Assembly (NCBI GenBank): GCA_010015805.1
Contig: ML978131.1
Span: 620,001-684,000 of the forward strand
Reading direction: 5' to 3'
Length of the DNA: 64,000 nt
From: Rhizodiscina lignyota
Lineage: Eukaryota
A program made the position numbers and the translations under genes. Of the stretch, positions 1 through 12,001 are shown piece after piece. The notes under the pieces were generated by a model, which was not told where the DNA came from, did no database searches, and worked only from the letters and a program-made list of their open reading frames with translations. The first letter of the stretch is position 1. The number at the start of each line of letters is the position of its first letter.

Positions 1-223
1 TTCCTTCCCAAATGAGCAGTGGTGATGGCTCAGTTTGGTGGCTGCGGTGACTTGGGAACCTCAAAGGTTCTCGTTAAAGCCGTCGCTCTTAAGACAGGCC
101 TAACCCTCAAGTTCCCTCGTGTTCAATTCTTCGTTGGAGCATTCATGGACGTGCTCTCGGCCATTGCTATTCCCAGCTCTTGTCGTTCGTTTTGATCATC
201 GACACATCGTTAACCATGCAAAC

Positions 224-3200
224 ATGCGTTACATTGGCCTCCCCGCAGACATCTTTGGAGGCCTCAAACTGCCAGCAATATTACAAAACAATGAGGGGTT
301 TAAGGGGCACTGGCATGCATCGCTTGCATCGGCCGCGTTGCAACTATGCAGAGAATTGGCAGGAACGGTGCCAAGCCAGTCAGATCACCCTCAACCACAA
401 GGATTGAATAACCCTAACCCTACCGCATTCAACCCTAACCCCTTCCCGCTTAGCCCACCATTCAGCCGCGCGGCTCATGTGCCATCGTTCACCGCTACCG
501 CTCGCCGCGGATGGCCATTCGAGGTGCGGGCGCGATCATCGGCCCAAACTGTTGAGCGCAAACTTGCAGACGGCTTCATCGAGAGCGGATCCCATAGACT
601 GTTCACATGTCCCTACTTCCACGAGGCTACTGCTACCAGTTGCGCTTGGTGCGACCCTGAAGAACGATGTCCCTCTTGTGTGTCCATATGGAACCGGCTC
701 AGACGTCCTCGATTCCGGATTGACGGCGACATTGTCTCATGGTCCATTGATTCTTGCCACGCAACTGCGCAAACATTAGAGGGAGACTGCCAATCGAAAG
801 ATCATTGCGCGCTCGATTACGACGACATGACGGACGACGAGGAAGACGGAGATGTTGGCAGTCGCAATGGCGAGCTCGAGGCAACCAACACCCTCCAAGA
901 CACCGGCGAGTCATCTGCCACCCATCTCCAGGAAAGCGCGTCCAACACAGTGAAGCCGGAAATCCCACACTCTCCCGAATATTTATTCTCACGCGAAATC
1001 CCTTCATTTCCTCTGCAACAGTCAAACATGGAGGACCCCGACGAGCTGCAAGACACATCAACCCACCCCGCGCCAAAGTGTGAGAATGGCCATGAACTGC
1101 CATCTCTCAATAACATCCAGGAGCAAGAAAAGGTCTGTTTCGAAGGTGGACCGTCACAACAGAATGGGAACCAATCTGCACGCATCTCTGCCTACGCGAA
1201 ACTCCAGTTCGAAGATGGGGCTTATTACATGAACACAATCTCTGTCATACTTGGTCGAGACTTGGAAGTATCACGGGAAGCGAGGAGGCAGGTTACCCGA
1301 CAAAAGAGGCAGAATAGTGTGGGAGAGGTGCACACACCTGTGGTAGCACAAGGAGAGGACTCCCGAACCGTCGTGAGCGCCTCTGGTGGATTCGTCGGAC
1401 GAAACCCGAAGCCTCGAAAGCACAAGTCGAACAAGTCGAAATCGGGCAGCTCCACTTCAGATCCTGTTCGAACCGCGCTCCCACTCCCTGCCACTACCTT
1501 TCAGCATGCCCTCGATGTAGACTCTCCGGAAGTCGACGTCGCTGCTCTCCTACCCGACCCATACGAAGAACCGCTCGTCGCCATTCACGAGCCTGTTGCA
1601 AGCGATGGCACAATATCGCTTAGCAAATCAATATCCAGAAAACATTGCAAGATCGCATACAACTACGTCAGTGATGGATTTGAGATGACAATCTTGGGAC
1701 GCAATGGCGCCTTTGTCGACAACCAGCATTACGACGCAGGTGCTGTCGTCAGTTTGCACCATGGCAGCGAGATTCAAGTCGGTGGCGTGAAGATAGCATT
1801 CAATCTGCCTACTGAGGCATTACCCGATGGTGACCAACAAAGTAGCAGTGGCCGAATGAGCTTTGCTTTTGAGGATGAGACTGGAGGCGACATTGATGTA
1901 GACGATTCAGCCGACGACTTTGAAGACTTGGATGTTGCGCGCCGACCAAGGCTGGATCCATACTGGTCTCAAGGGGATGACTCGCAAGACGCCGAGGAGG
2001 ATTCTGGATCAGAGGATCAAGAAGAAGAGGTGCAGCGACCACAGCGCGTCAAACTTACCCAGAAGAAGCAGCTTTCAGCTTCTAAACCGTCGAAGGTGAC
2101 CTTGAAGAATGGACACAAAAAGTCTGGAAAAGCACGAGAAATACCACGTGCGCAAGGAGAAAAGGAACCGGAGAAGAAGAAACCCGCCAAGATATCGACG
2201 CATAAGGCTGCCAAGAAGCGACTCAGTGCTAAAGAGGATGTAGCTGATGTTGCTACAAGCATTGAAGGAGCTGAGGAAGATGCGATCAGCGATACTCCTG
2301 CAGCTGCTCAATCCACGCTAGGAAAGAAGCGTACGAAAACTCCTGCAGAGGCCTCCAAGAGAACTAAGTCCAAATCGCCCACCGATGATTCTGGCAAGCC
2401 ACAGGTGAATCGTGACCAAGCGCTTGTCAACGGCGAGGGTGGTATCAATGTTGAGGGTCTACAGCCTGGCACTGTGATACCTGCTCGTCGCAAAGGACCT
2501 GGTCGACCACCAAAAGATGGAATCATGTCAAAGCGCGAGAAAGCTCTCATTGCAAAACGCGAGAAGGAGAGGGAGAGGGCTATCAAGCTCGGCGAGGATC
2601 CGGACAATCTTCCTCCGCTAGATCTGAGTGCTCCGAAACCACGTCCAAAGGATGGATCCAAGGATGCCAATGCGACAGAAACACCCAACGCTCCGAGCAT
2701 GACTCCAAACGTGGAGGCTGGTGAAGATTCACCCGCAGAGAAGAGAGTGGTGAGACCCTCCAAAGTGAGGACTCCATCTCCAGAAATGAAGGAAGAAGAT
2801 TTCACGAGGGAGCAGTTGGAACGACCTGCGGGCAACTATGTATCTCTTCTCTACGAAGTCCTTCAGGAGAAAGGAAAACTTAATTTGCAGCAGATCTACG
2901 TCGCCATGGAAAAGAAGTGGCCCTTTTTCAGATTCAGAGGGGGATCCGGTGGATGGCAAAGTAGTGTCCGCCATAATCTTGGCCAGCACGACGCGTTCAG
3001 GAAAGTAGAGAAAGATGGCAAAGGCTACACATGGGAGATCAATCCCGATGTCTCTATTGAACCAGTGAAGAAACAGAAGAAACAGGCCACGCCTCCTCCT
3101 CCACCTCAGCCGCCACGGGCATACAATCACCAATACCACGCACCTGGCAGCTATCCCTCTCAGCCTCATGGCTACCCCCCACCCCTTCCAAATGGCACAT

Positions 3201-4162
3201 ATCCGAATCGGGGTCCACAATATCAGCAAACTGGCGTCCCTGCTCCTTTGGGTGGAGCGCCTCCTGTCGTGGGACCTGGACAACAACCATCGAATTACTC
3301 ATCACCATACGCTCCTGCACCAGCAGCTTCTGGACATCGCCCTCCAGCTGCTCAGTATCCTAATGGAACGACACCCACCACTCAGCACCCACCAGCGCAA
3401 TATCATGGTCTCCCTTCTAACCCACCAAATGCACAGAGACCTCCTGGCCCCGCAAACGCCACACCCGCGCCACATCAACAAGGCCAATCTGCGCCTCCTC
3501 CTGCGAGGGGTCCTTGGAGCCGCGATGCTCTACTCACGACTGTGAGCAGGATCTACGCTGATAAGGTCCCACCCGGTACTGATCTCGACCGTCTTTGCTC
3601 TCGAGCAATCGACGCCTTCCTCTTCCCAGACCAATTCCAGAGGACTCAAGCGCCACTCCATGGCATGGAGGTGGACATCGTCAATGCCTTGGCAGCAGCA
3701 CATGAGTCTCAGAAGACGGGGAGACCAGTTCAAACCCCTGCTCCTCCAACAATGCATGGTGGCTCTGCCCCATCTCAGTCGCAATCACCAGCTCCGCAGC
3801 AGTCTCTCGCTCAGGCTCAAGCTCAGACTGTGCCACACGCTTCAACGCCGGTGCAGTCGCAACCGTATGCGCCTCCACCGCGGGGTCAGACGCCGCAGGC
3901 GCCACAGCCTGAGCCGCTGACTCGGCCGAATTCAGTGCACAGCATTCGACAGGATGGTTCTCATACTCCGCCTCTCCCACCACAGCAGCCCGCGGCTCAG
4001 ATGCCGGCCAATCCCGTGCAGCCTGCTCCTGCCGCCTTGCCAAATGGCCATGATCAAGTATCCGGTAGTCTTCCAATGCCAGAGAGCAGTGGAGCTCTAA
4101 AGAGAAGCGCGGAAGAGGCAGCTGGAAGTGACGACGAGACGAAACGGGCACGGATATCGTGA
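224..4162 (+). CDS. fhl1: FHA + forkhead transcription factor (Fhl1-like) with an AT-hook; true start uncertain (first ATG 224, alternatives ~827 or ~1028)
   Basis: FHA-like segments AYAKLQFEDGAYYMNTISVILGR and SISRKHCKIAYN...ILGRNGAFVD; AT-hook RKGPGRPPK; forkhead RPAGNYVSLLYEVL...IYVAMEKKWPFF...WQSSVRHNLGQHDAFRK; Pro/Gln-rich C-terminus. Confidence 0.85.
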   Translation: MRYIGLPADIFGGLKLPAILQNNEGFKGHWHASLASAALQLCRELAGTVPSQSDHPQPQGLNNPNPTAFNPNPFPLSPPFSRAAHVPSFTATARRGWPFEVRARSSAQTVERKLADGFIESGSHRLFTCPYFHEATATSCAWCDPEERCPSCVSIWNRLRRPRFRIDGDIVSWSIDSCHATAQTLEGDCQSKDHCALDYDDMTDDEEDGDVGSRNGELEATNTLQDTGESSATHLQESASNTVKPEIPHSPEYLFSREIPSFPLQQSNMEDPDELQDTSTHPAPKCENGHELPSLNNIQEQEKVCFEGGPSQQNGNQSARISAYAKLQFEDGAYYMNTISVILGRDLEVSREARRQVTRQKRQNSVGEVHTPVVAQGEDSRTVVSASGGFVGRNPKPRKHKSNKSKSGSSTSDPVRTALPLPATTFQHALDVDSPEVDVAALLPDPYEEPLVAIHEPVASDGTISLSKSISRKHCKIAYNYVSDGFEMTILGRNGAFVDNQHYDAGAVVSLHHGSEIQVGGVKIAFNLPTEALPDGDQQSSSGRMSFAFEDETGGDIDVDDSADDFEDLDVARRPRLDPYWSQGDDSQDAEEDSGSEDQEEEVQRPQRVKLTQKKQLSASKPSKVTLKNGHKKSGKAREIPRAQGEKEPEKKKPAKISTHKAAKKRLSAKEDVADVATSIEGAEEDAISDTPAAAQSTLGKKRTKTPAEASKRTKSKSPTDDSGKPQVNRDQALVNGEGGINVEGLQPGTVIPARRKGPGRPPKDGIMSKREKALIAKREKERERAIKLGEDPDNLPPLDLSAPKPRPKDGSKDANATETPNAPSMTPNVEAGEDSPAEKRVVRPSKVRTPSPEMKEEDFTREQLERPAGNYVSLLYEVLQEKGKLNLQQIYVAMEKKWPFFRFRGGSGGWQSSVRHNLGQHDAFRKVEKDGKGYTWEINPDVSIEPVKKQKKQATPPPPPQPPRAYNHQYHAPGSYPSQPHGYPPPLPNGTYPNRGPQYQQTGVPAPLGGAPPVVGPGQQPSNYSSPYAPAPAASGHRPPAAQYPNGTTPTTQHPPAQYHGLPSNPPNAQRPPGPANATPAPHQQGQSAPPPARGPWSRDALLTTVSRIYADKVPPGTDLDRLCSRAIDAFLFPDQFQRTQAPLHGMEVDIVNALAAAHESQKTGRPVQTPAPPTMHGGSAPSQSQSPAPQQSLAQAQAQTVPHASTPVQSQPYAPPPRGQTPQAPQPEPLTRPNSVHSIRQDGSHTPPLPPQQPAAQMPANPVQPAPAALPNGHDQVSGSLPMPESSGALKRSAEEAAGSDDETKRARIS

Positions 4163-4992
4163 TGCGACTATGCTTTATCGGAGTAGGGTTATTGGCCCAT
4201 TGCATTGAGCGATGCGGAATGCTTTTGATGTATGACTCTAACAGCATGTGTTTGCTTTGACTTCCTTTGCTGCATTGATGATTTCAAATTCATTTACGAA
4301 ATGGACTACGGAGTAGCGCTGGGTTTACTCCTGTTCTTTCTTCTGGCATAGCGAAGGGCTCGCTTGGCTTATGGTAGTTTTGATATAGAGATCAATTCAG
4401 GCACTGACAGTTTATGACCTGTGTCTACTCTATTTCGTCATACCGGTGCAAATAGGATAACCAACAAATCGGAGCGTCGCCAGTTCGCCATCGATGAATT
4501 GCTCCACTGTCCTCCGCATCGCACGGACCTTGCCTAAAGCATCTCCACCGCGGAGGTTGTGTTGGACGCTGAACGACGATGGCTTTAGTCAATGGCTTCT
4601 CCACGTTGAGCGCCCGTATGCATCCTCCATCTCGTCCAGTGTCGCTTAGCAGTGCAGTGACAGGGGCAAGCGCCCTTCCTATATCCATTGACGTTATCCT
4701 CTTCGAGAGTTATGTTGCGCTCTGTGGCTTGGAGTCTTGGAAGCTCACGATCGACAACTCGCAGCCAATGGGAAAATCTTGCAAATCCTCGCTCTTTCTC
4801 CGGCATCACTCTAATTGCCTCAATTGCTCATTTCCCCTGTCCAGCTGCCATCCTTCCATTCCTTCCAACACGACGAGGCATTATTGCACTGCGCCTCAAC
4901 GAAACTGACAGTTGCCATCATGGAAACTCGATTATAAAATAACCCCTAATAGTACGTGATGGCTGCACTAACTTCGCTAGAATCCCATAAAC

Positions 4993-6147
4993 ATGTTCCA
5001 GTACGCCATTTACCAGCGCAACATTCCGGTTCCAGGGAGAATCCCTGGATCAACTCCACCGCTCGTAGAAATTGTGCTGGACTCCCAAGAAAACATATTC
5101 GCCCCAGGCCAGACTATCACTGGCCATGTAGCTTACAACGTCATCGATCCTCCGCAAAACTTGAAAAGCACCTCGATCACCCTGGAGGGACGTGGTAAGA
5201 TCATCACAGAGCCGAACTATTCAGGAGGATCCAGCAACAATCTCGACACTGAAATTTTTCGCGAAGAAAGATCTCTCTTCCAAGGGCCATTCACTAATGT
5301 TAAGCCACCGCTCACATGGCCTTTCGAATTCACATTACCGAAAGTCCGTACCGTAAATGGGAAAGAGTGGCCGCTTCCGCCGTCAATCACCTTGGGAAAC
5401 GAGTCGAAATTCGCACAACGGTTTGGCTTTACCGTCTCGATATCATATGTGCTTCAAGTCCATATCGAGGACGGTACAAATTGGAATGCTCACCAGAATT
5501 ACTCGAAAGCACTGGTGGTTAGACCGATTCTTACCGAGCAACCTCCGCTTGCCCAGATGGAGAGCCACGCTTTCGAATTGGTGTCGTCGCACAGCCACGG
5601 GGGCTTTCGAGAACGCATGTCGTCAATGAAGCTGAAGCTCCAAGGATTAGCCAAGAATGATGACGAGCATAAAGAACCATCGGTTGATTTTGAGGCCACG
5701 ATCTCAATGCCATCGATGCTATGGTTCGGTCAAGCTGAACGGCTGCTAATTTCGCTTCAACATAAGACTAGCACACCTTCGGATCTGCAACGACCCACAC
5801 TGGTACTCGAAGATGTCGAGCTCACGTTACATACGATCATCAAATCCATCAATGAGAGCGTGCAAACAAGAAAATATGGGAGCACCACTTTCCATCCCAA
5901 GGCGCGCTTATCCCTCGACAGCGAGACGCTGGAGCTTGCTCGCGACTTTGGCATGAGCAGCCTCACTACCGAGACCTCTTTCTGGCCCGACTTCGAAAGT
6001 ACGATGCCATACATCGTCTACACGCACAGCATCCAAGCGGTTGCCAAAATCAGGCACGAAGAGAGCGGACATGCTTTTACTCTCAAGTGTCAATTCCCAG
6101 TCCAGGCACTGCCTCGAAGGCAGCCCGGAGCTCGTTATTGGAGATAA
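4993..6147 (+). CDS. Arrestin-like N-terminal domain protein
   Basis: 384-aa ORF with the fungal arrestin-N pattern IFAPGQTITGHV, ITLEGRGK, LFQGPFT, WPFEFTLP, LPPS, ISYVLQV. Confidence 0.7.
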   Translation: MFQYAIYQRNIPVPGRIPGSTPPLVEIVLDSQENIFAPGQTITGHVAYNVIDPPQNLKSTSITLEGRGKIITEPNYSGGSSNNLDTEIFREERSLFQGPFTNVKPPLTWPFEFTLPKVRTVNGKEWPLPPSITLGNESKFAQRFGFTVSISYVLQVHIEDGTNWNAHQNYSKALVVRPILTEQPPLAQMESHAFELVSSHSHGGFRERMSSMKLKLQGLAKNDDEHKEPSVDFEATISMPSMLWFGQAERLLISLQHKTSTPSDLQRPTLVLEDVELTLHTIIKSINESVQTRKYGSTTFHPKARLSLDSETLELARDFGMSSLTTETSFWPDFESTMPYIVYTHSIQAVAKIRHEESGHAFTLKCQFPVQALPRRQPGARYWR

Positions 6148-6219
6148 TCTTATTGGCATTTATGAAGCAATCTTGAAAGTGCTATTTGCAATCTGCCATT
6201 GGCCCATTATTTTCAACAG

Positions 6220-7890
6220 CTATGGAGCCTGTGCCTTTCCACTCCACAGTTTCCTCCAGAATTGATCATTCTCATCCCCAACGGGCGCTCGTTGGACGTA
6301 TAAATACTCTCGAAGGCTTGGGTTTTCCAAAGCGAACCGTCTTTTCGTCTCTTTCGCTTGTCGCATCGCTGTCAGCGCCCTTTGACCCTCAACTGTAGCT
6401 ATGTCAGACAGCTTGCTCCAAGGATCGCGCATCGCACTGGACCTATCGTCGTCCAAAGAACTGCTTATGCTGCTATCTACACCCTGAGATATGGGCTCAG
6501 AAGCTCTCATCTCAACAGTATTCCTACGATCCTCAGGAGCAGAGTGCAAGTCTGAGGTTTCGTCTTTTTCTTCCTCTTCTGTCGATAGCCCTCCATCTAA
6601 TATGGCTGTAACGTCTTTCTCAGTAGAGGATTGATCGTTTAATTGCTGTTCTGCCACTGCCCCATGTTTCTCGAAGAACTCTTGCACATGTTCATGGAAA
6701 TCACTTTTGCCCACCAGGATAGGCAATATGCGTGCAACCTTTTGAAGGCTGCCATCGGTTGAGTTAAAGTCATGGCTTTGCGCGTCATCGGGCATGACTT
6801 CGTTTTCATCATTATGAAACTGATCGATGTGCTCGTTTTCGAAATCCGCGGAGAGCTCTCGGTCCGATCCGGAATCTTGAAGCTCATTCGCCACCTCTTT
6901 GGATGGTGGGTTGTCCAATTCGGAGTCGGATATTTCGTACAGCGTCTCCTCTCGGATGTTCCGCTTTCCATACTGTCTCCCCATGGTGCCAGCCTGCTGT
7001 CCAGTTGCCACCAAGGAGATCAAATTGTCCTCCAATAATGACTGGGTTACTATTGGCTTGTTCTTATGGGCCACGTTTGCGGTGAATGAGTTCACCTGTG
7101 TCGCAACGCTGCAAGTGCAACATTAGCATCGCCTCAGCAGGCCAAGAGAAAGGAGAGTGACCGACATTGGGACTCCTACTTCTGGTTCTTCCTCTTCAAG
7201 TAATCCATCGCGCTGAAGGCGCCAGACATATGTCTTCAGTGCAGCAGAATATTCGCGCAACTGTCTGCTTCGAAATCCCGAGCTAACAAGGTCTCTTCGA
7301 AACTCGCGCCAGACAGCCGTCTCGTCATCGTCGTATTTTGTCATAGATGACATAGAGGTCATGACTGTTGAGTTGCCTTTTCTCATCTGCGCTGCGATGT
7401 GGTCGACTCTCTGAAGGATCGCGGGCAATATATCATTCTCAATCCGATTTTGCGAGCCAATCCCAACAACTGAAAGGTAAGCAGATAAGCTCGTATTGAT
7501 CTGTATTAGCCGCTGTTGCACATCCTCAAAGGAATGAGAACCCATCCGCAGCCTGTCCCAGTGCTGTTGTATTCCCTCCAAATTGCGACGTCGACTAGTC
7601 CGAGTCTTTCCCAGCCTGTCATATCTGCTGACTATCCTCTCAAGTTCCGACACCACAGTTTCACACTCTTCAGATAGCGTTATCCAGCCGCGCAGGTCCT
7701 GGGGGTTCCGTGTGAAGATTGAATTCTCTGCCTTTGCCTCTTGCTCAACTCTGGAGACCATGACCTCGAGAACGCGGAGGTCGCTCGTGAATCTCGCATA
7801 TTGTCCATAGGCATTTTTCCAGCCATCGTGCGTCCGCTTGACGAGCTGCGCAAGTGCAATCACATCGCCGACTGAAAACCCAAAGGACAT
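6220..7890 (-). CDS. Protein with a fungal STAND-associated N-terminal helical domain (HeLo-like/SesA-type) and an acidic low-complexity C-terminus; one intron (probably 7109-7165)
   Basis: N-terminus MSFGFSVGDVIALAQL and later DDDETAVWREFRRDLVSSGF are typical of this family; a GTCGGT...GCTAAT...TTGCAG intron joins ORFs 7123-7890 and 6220-7095 in frame. Confidence 0.65.
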
Positions 7891-8824
7891 ATTTCAGCCT
7901 CGTAGAGTTACGTTCTGCGGGGTGATAATTGGCCGTTTGCGTACAAGCCCATGGACGGACTTGGTTAAACGAGACATGGGCTCCGCAAAACGACACTTGA
8001 GCGTAAAACCCCAAAAGAGAGTTGCGCCAGGAGCAAAGAGGCGACCGGACCAGAAGAGCGATGCACAAGAAGGTGAAGCGAAAATGTCTACAGGTAAACG
8101 CTGAAAATGAAACTCTCACCTGCGAGATGCGGTGTCGTACGGTGAGCGGCCGCAGTGGCAGTGCATTCCGCTTAGCCGATGCAAAAGCCCTTGACAAGGC
8201 TGAGCATACGAGATTCCTTTGCTCGTAGAAAGAGAAGATGTTGCTTTGGGCGAGCATTGCGTACGTTTTTACCTCATGGCGACTGCACCTTGATAGGCGG
8301 CGGTTGAGATAGGAAATGAATGGGGATCAAAAGGAGTATCTCCCGCTTTATCGTACGAAAGGAGCTAGTAGTACCCCAGTACCCCAGAGCGAAGGATTTG
8401 GGTGGGGTGGTACCGGATATTGGACGGTGCACGTCCCCAGCTTCGATTTATCTCCGGGTGCCTCTCCACCTCTCACACTCCCCAGAGATACTGGCTGCCT
8501 TCATGCATTTGGGGACTGAATGGACAACTGGTAGAGGTAATTCCAAATTATTACCCAAACACCTTGAACTCAACAATATTAATGATCTGCTTTTGCCTGA
8601 TATTGCCCCTCAGGTCTATCCGACGCCAGCTCTCATCAATTAATTATCGCTAAAGTATACAAAAGACGTTAAAATCATTCGTACCCCCGGAGAAGTGCTT
8701 GAGTAAATATTGCTAAGCTGAACGAGCCGATTGACATCTCCATGAAGAGAATTTGCTGTTGGTGATCTCAATGGCACAGATTGGTGACCCTTTCACAATC
8801 CGAGACCTACCGTCGGATCAGATT

Positions 8825-11800
8825 TTAACCCTCCCTCGCTTTCTCCTTCCCTATTCCTTTTGACAACTCTGACGACTCGCCACATTCTTCACCAGGTATG
8901 CTTAATGAATAGTATGCGGAATCCGAAAATGCCTGCTGCTCAACTTCGTGAGGAAACAGCATGAGATCGTCACTCGTCTCAAAGCTCGAGACGAACTCAG
9001 CAAAAGGAGTTGGGAAAAATGGAGCAAGCTGATCATCTGAAGCAGCAATGTCGAAAGCAATCTGATCGTTGGTGGCAAAGTTGAATGCGATATCAGAACT
9101 TTGTTGAGTAATGAGATCTGCCGCGTGTCGGATTCCGAGGTTCTCTTCTGGCTCACGAGGCCTGCGGTAGGCCTCAAATAGCTTTCTCTGCATAAGGCGG
9201 ACGATTTCTGGGAGCCTGCTTTTCAGCCTTTCTTCCACTGGATCAAGTTCCTTTTCAATCTCGTTGATCAGCTCTTGTCTGACACGTGCGGGAAGCTCGC
9301 TTCGGAGGAACTGCTCGTAGTGGCCGTACTCAGCAGAAGCCATCGGGTCGTCCTTTGAATTTCCCTTGGTGTCGTGAATTTCATAATCTGTAGTGCAGTC
9401 AGATTGATGCGGCCGTGTACAAGAGAGTCAAAGCCCGACAAGTCTACGTACATGGAGTCGGGATTAATTCTGGGTCGGAGTCGGGAAACAGTATCAAGTA
9501 GACATCGGCCCACTTTTCTGCTTCTGTTCTGTCATGCTGCGGTTTCTTTCTGCTTCGCAACAATTTCTCCTGACTTATGTTAAACCCGTCCATCGACGGT
9601 TCTTCACGCCTGAGGCAGGGCTCGTCCGCTCGTTGATGTTCCCTCAGGAGATGGTCAGACTTGAACACAATGCGACAACGATTGCAATGGATTGGCAGTG
9701 TGTGTCGCCTGTAGAGATGTTCCCTTGCACATGATCAGTATGTCTTTAAGACACAAAGAAGTGGGCCAGAGCTTACTTTAAGCGATGAACGGTATCCCAG
9801 CCGGGCCCGGGACACGACCGCATGGTATGATATCTTGAAGGATCGCGTTTATAATAAGGACATGCTAACTTGCGTGTTCTTTTACTGTCTGATTCTCTTC
9901 GTCGTGTCCTTTTGGACGCTTGTTCTTCCTCTTATCGGTATCACCGTCGCTCTCGTCTTCGTTGTTTTCCGAGCGATTTTGGCGATGTCGCTTGGACCAG
10001 GATTCACAAGATACGTTGTTCGAAGAGGACACAACTCCAGCCAAACTAGTATGCGAAGCTGAAGCGGCACAGTCGTTCGTGCAGCGGTCTCCTCCATCTT
10101 CAGGACTAGCTTCGGTGCGAGGATTGAGCCATACGAAAAAATATTTCATGAGGCTGTCAGCCAGTTCAAATTTTCGCTGTTCCCGAGAGAGTGTGCTTGG
10201 GCTATCAAGCTCATCATCGGCAGTAGACTCACCAGAGGAGTAAGCAGTACTCTCTGAGAATGAAGGCGAAGCATTGCGTTCAGGATTCAGTGACTGAAAT
10301 GAACTTCCAACTTCAAGATCCTTGGATGATGCTTCGGTGACGGGAGTACGCATATTCAGAATTTCCTCTCTTGATACACTCTCCCCAGGACTTCTCTGTC
10401 CTTGGTAGTCCTCAAGGGCAGAGTTTGGCGCACTGCCACTTTCCGAGGTCTTCGAGTCCTTGGCTTTGAAATGGGAAGCCCCCAGGTCGTGCGCCTTCTG
10501 TACAACAGCATCAATGTCTCGTTGCGGATGGTCTCCATATTCCAAGAGATCTTGCAAACGGGTCGGGTGATTCCACGGTTCCGAAAGAGAATGTGAGCGA
10601 CCCGAGAGTGCTCTATCCCAACGGAAAACCGGCTTCGGATTTGGCCGTGCTCCATACTCCCGGATAAGAAATTTTCTCCATGTCAAATGAATGCCTGGTT
10701 GATGTAATAAAGCCCAAATAACGTTTGTATGTCTCCAGTCCTCCTTCGATTTCCCTTCCTCGTAGTGCTGCGCAACATGCTGACACCGCTCTTCCCAATC
10801 CAAAAGTAAAGCAGCACAGAAACCACAGCCCCAAGCAGTTCTCTTTCGCAAATGTATCTCAGCTGCATCAGCGTGTGGGCAAAAGTTGTAATTATGAACC
10901 TGTTTGTGGTGCTGTTTATGGTGCTGTTTAAACTGGTTGCGAGACAATAGCCGATCAACATTACAGTCCGGGCAACGCCAGTAGCTGAAACGCTCATGCA
11001 ATCGCTCCTCATGTTGTTTCCAATCCGACTTGCGGATGAATTTGGTATCACATATTGTACACACGTACTTCTGCACTTTCCGAGGGTTGGCACTCGAGTC
11101 GTTGAAGTATTTGTTGTCGGGTGGAGAGACCCGCGGCCTCTGAACAGTCGGGCGCTTCATGTCGAGCTCATTGGTCGAATATCCATTCGACTGCGGATCG
11201 TTGAGAAGGGGCGGAAATTGCTGCTTGTGTGGCAGACCCTGGTAATATTCGTCCGGAGTTGGGGAAGGATGCTTGAGAGACTTGAGAGTCTTTGTGTGGC
11301 CCGACGTTCGTGCAGAAATCCCATAGGTGACTGGATGATCAGTATACATAGCCCTGTTGGCTACCTTTCGGCGAGACGGAATCATATCACTTGGAATTGC
11401 GGGCAATCGTTTTTGTGCACGTGTCTGCGATACTTCCCCCAAACTTCGGTCGTCTTTGATCGAAACCCGGCCAAAAGCGGGAACGTCAATGCCAGTGTCA
11501 GCACTGTGTGCTGTGGCAGTGGAATAGCCTGAGTCGCGACTTGTAGTACTTCGCAGTGACGTAGGTCTCTCACTACTGCGGCGTAGATGAGGGGACAGAA
11601 AGCCCGGTCTTCCGAACTGCGTTCCTTTGAGGAGTGTGAACACCCGCTCAAAATCAGCAGGTGATAAGGACTCTCTCAGTGAGGCCACCAGAGGCACTGC
11701 ACTTCAACTTAGCACAAGCACGTGTGAAGAATTGTATGTCCATACGCTCTGCGAGGGTAACGGCAGTACTCGCTGGACGTTCTATGGCTTTCCCATGAGA

Positions 11801-12001
11801 CTCGTCAACTGCCCCGAGGAGAGACAGATCCTTCTTGGTCTCATGGAGCATAATAGGCTTGGGCTGCTCTGTTTCTGAGGAGACGACAGCCTTGCTGGAC
11901 TGTTGACGTTCTCGTATAGGTGGTTGCGGTTCTCTAATGAGCGTGAAGACATCTGGAGACGGACGAGGTTGCCTTGATTTTTGTGTAGAAATGAAGTCCA
12001 T
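8825..12001 (-). CDS. C2H2 zinc-finger protein with two finger modules; multi-exon, with an apparent frameshift near 9870-9915
   Basis: Fingers YVCTICDTKFIRKSDWKQHEERLH, WRCPDC..., WGCGFC...HVAQHY; second module LACPYYKRDP...SCPGPGWDTVHRLK|EHLYRRH...HCNRC...H; intron 11697-11745 links the ATG at 12001. Confidence 0.7.

Noticed and set aside
90..560. Telomerase-RNA template idea for the TAACCCTAA motifs
   Set aside because: Multiple copies lie inside a long open frame, and I could not see a U-rich/A-rich pseudoknot; kept only as possible promoter motifs
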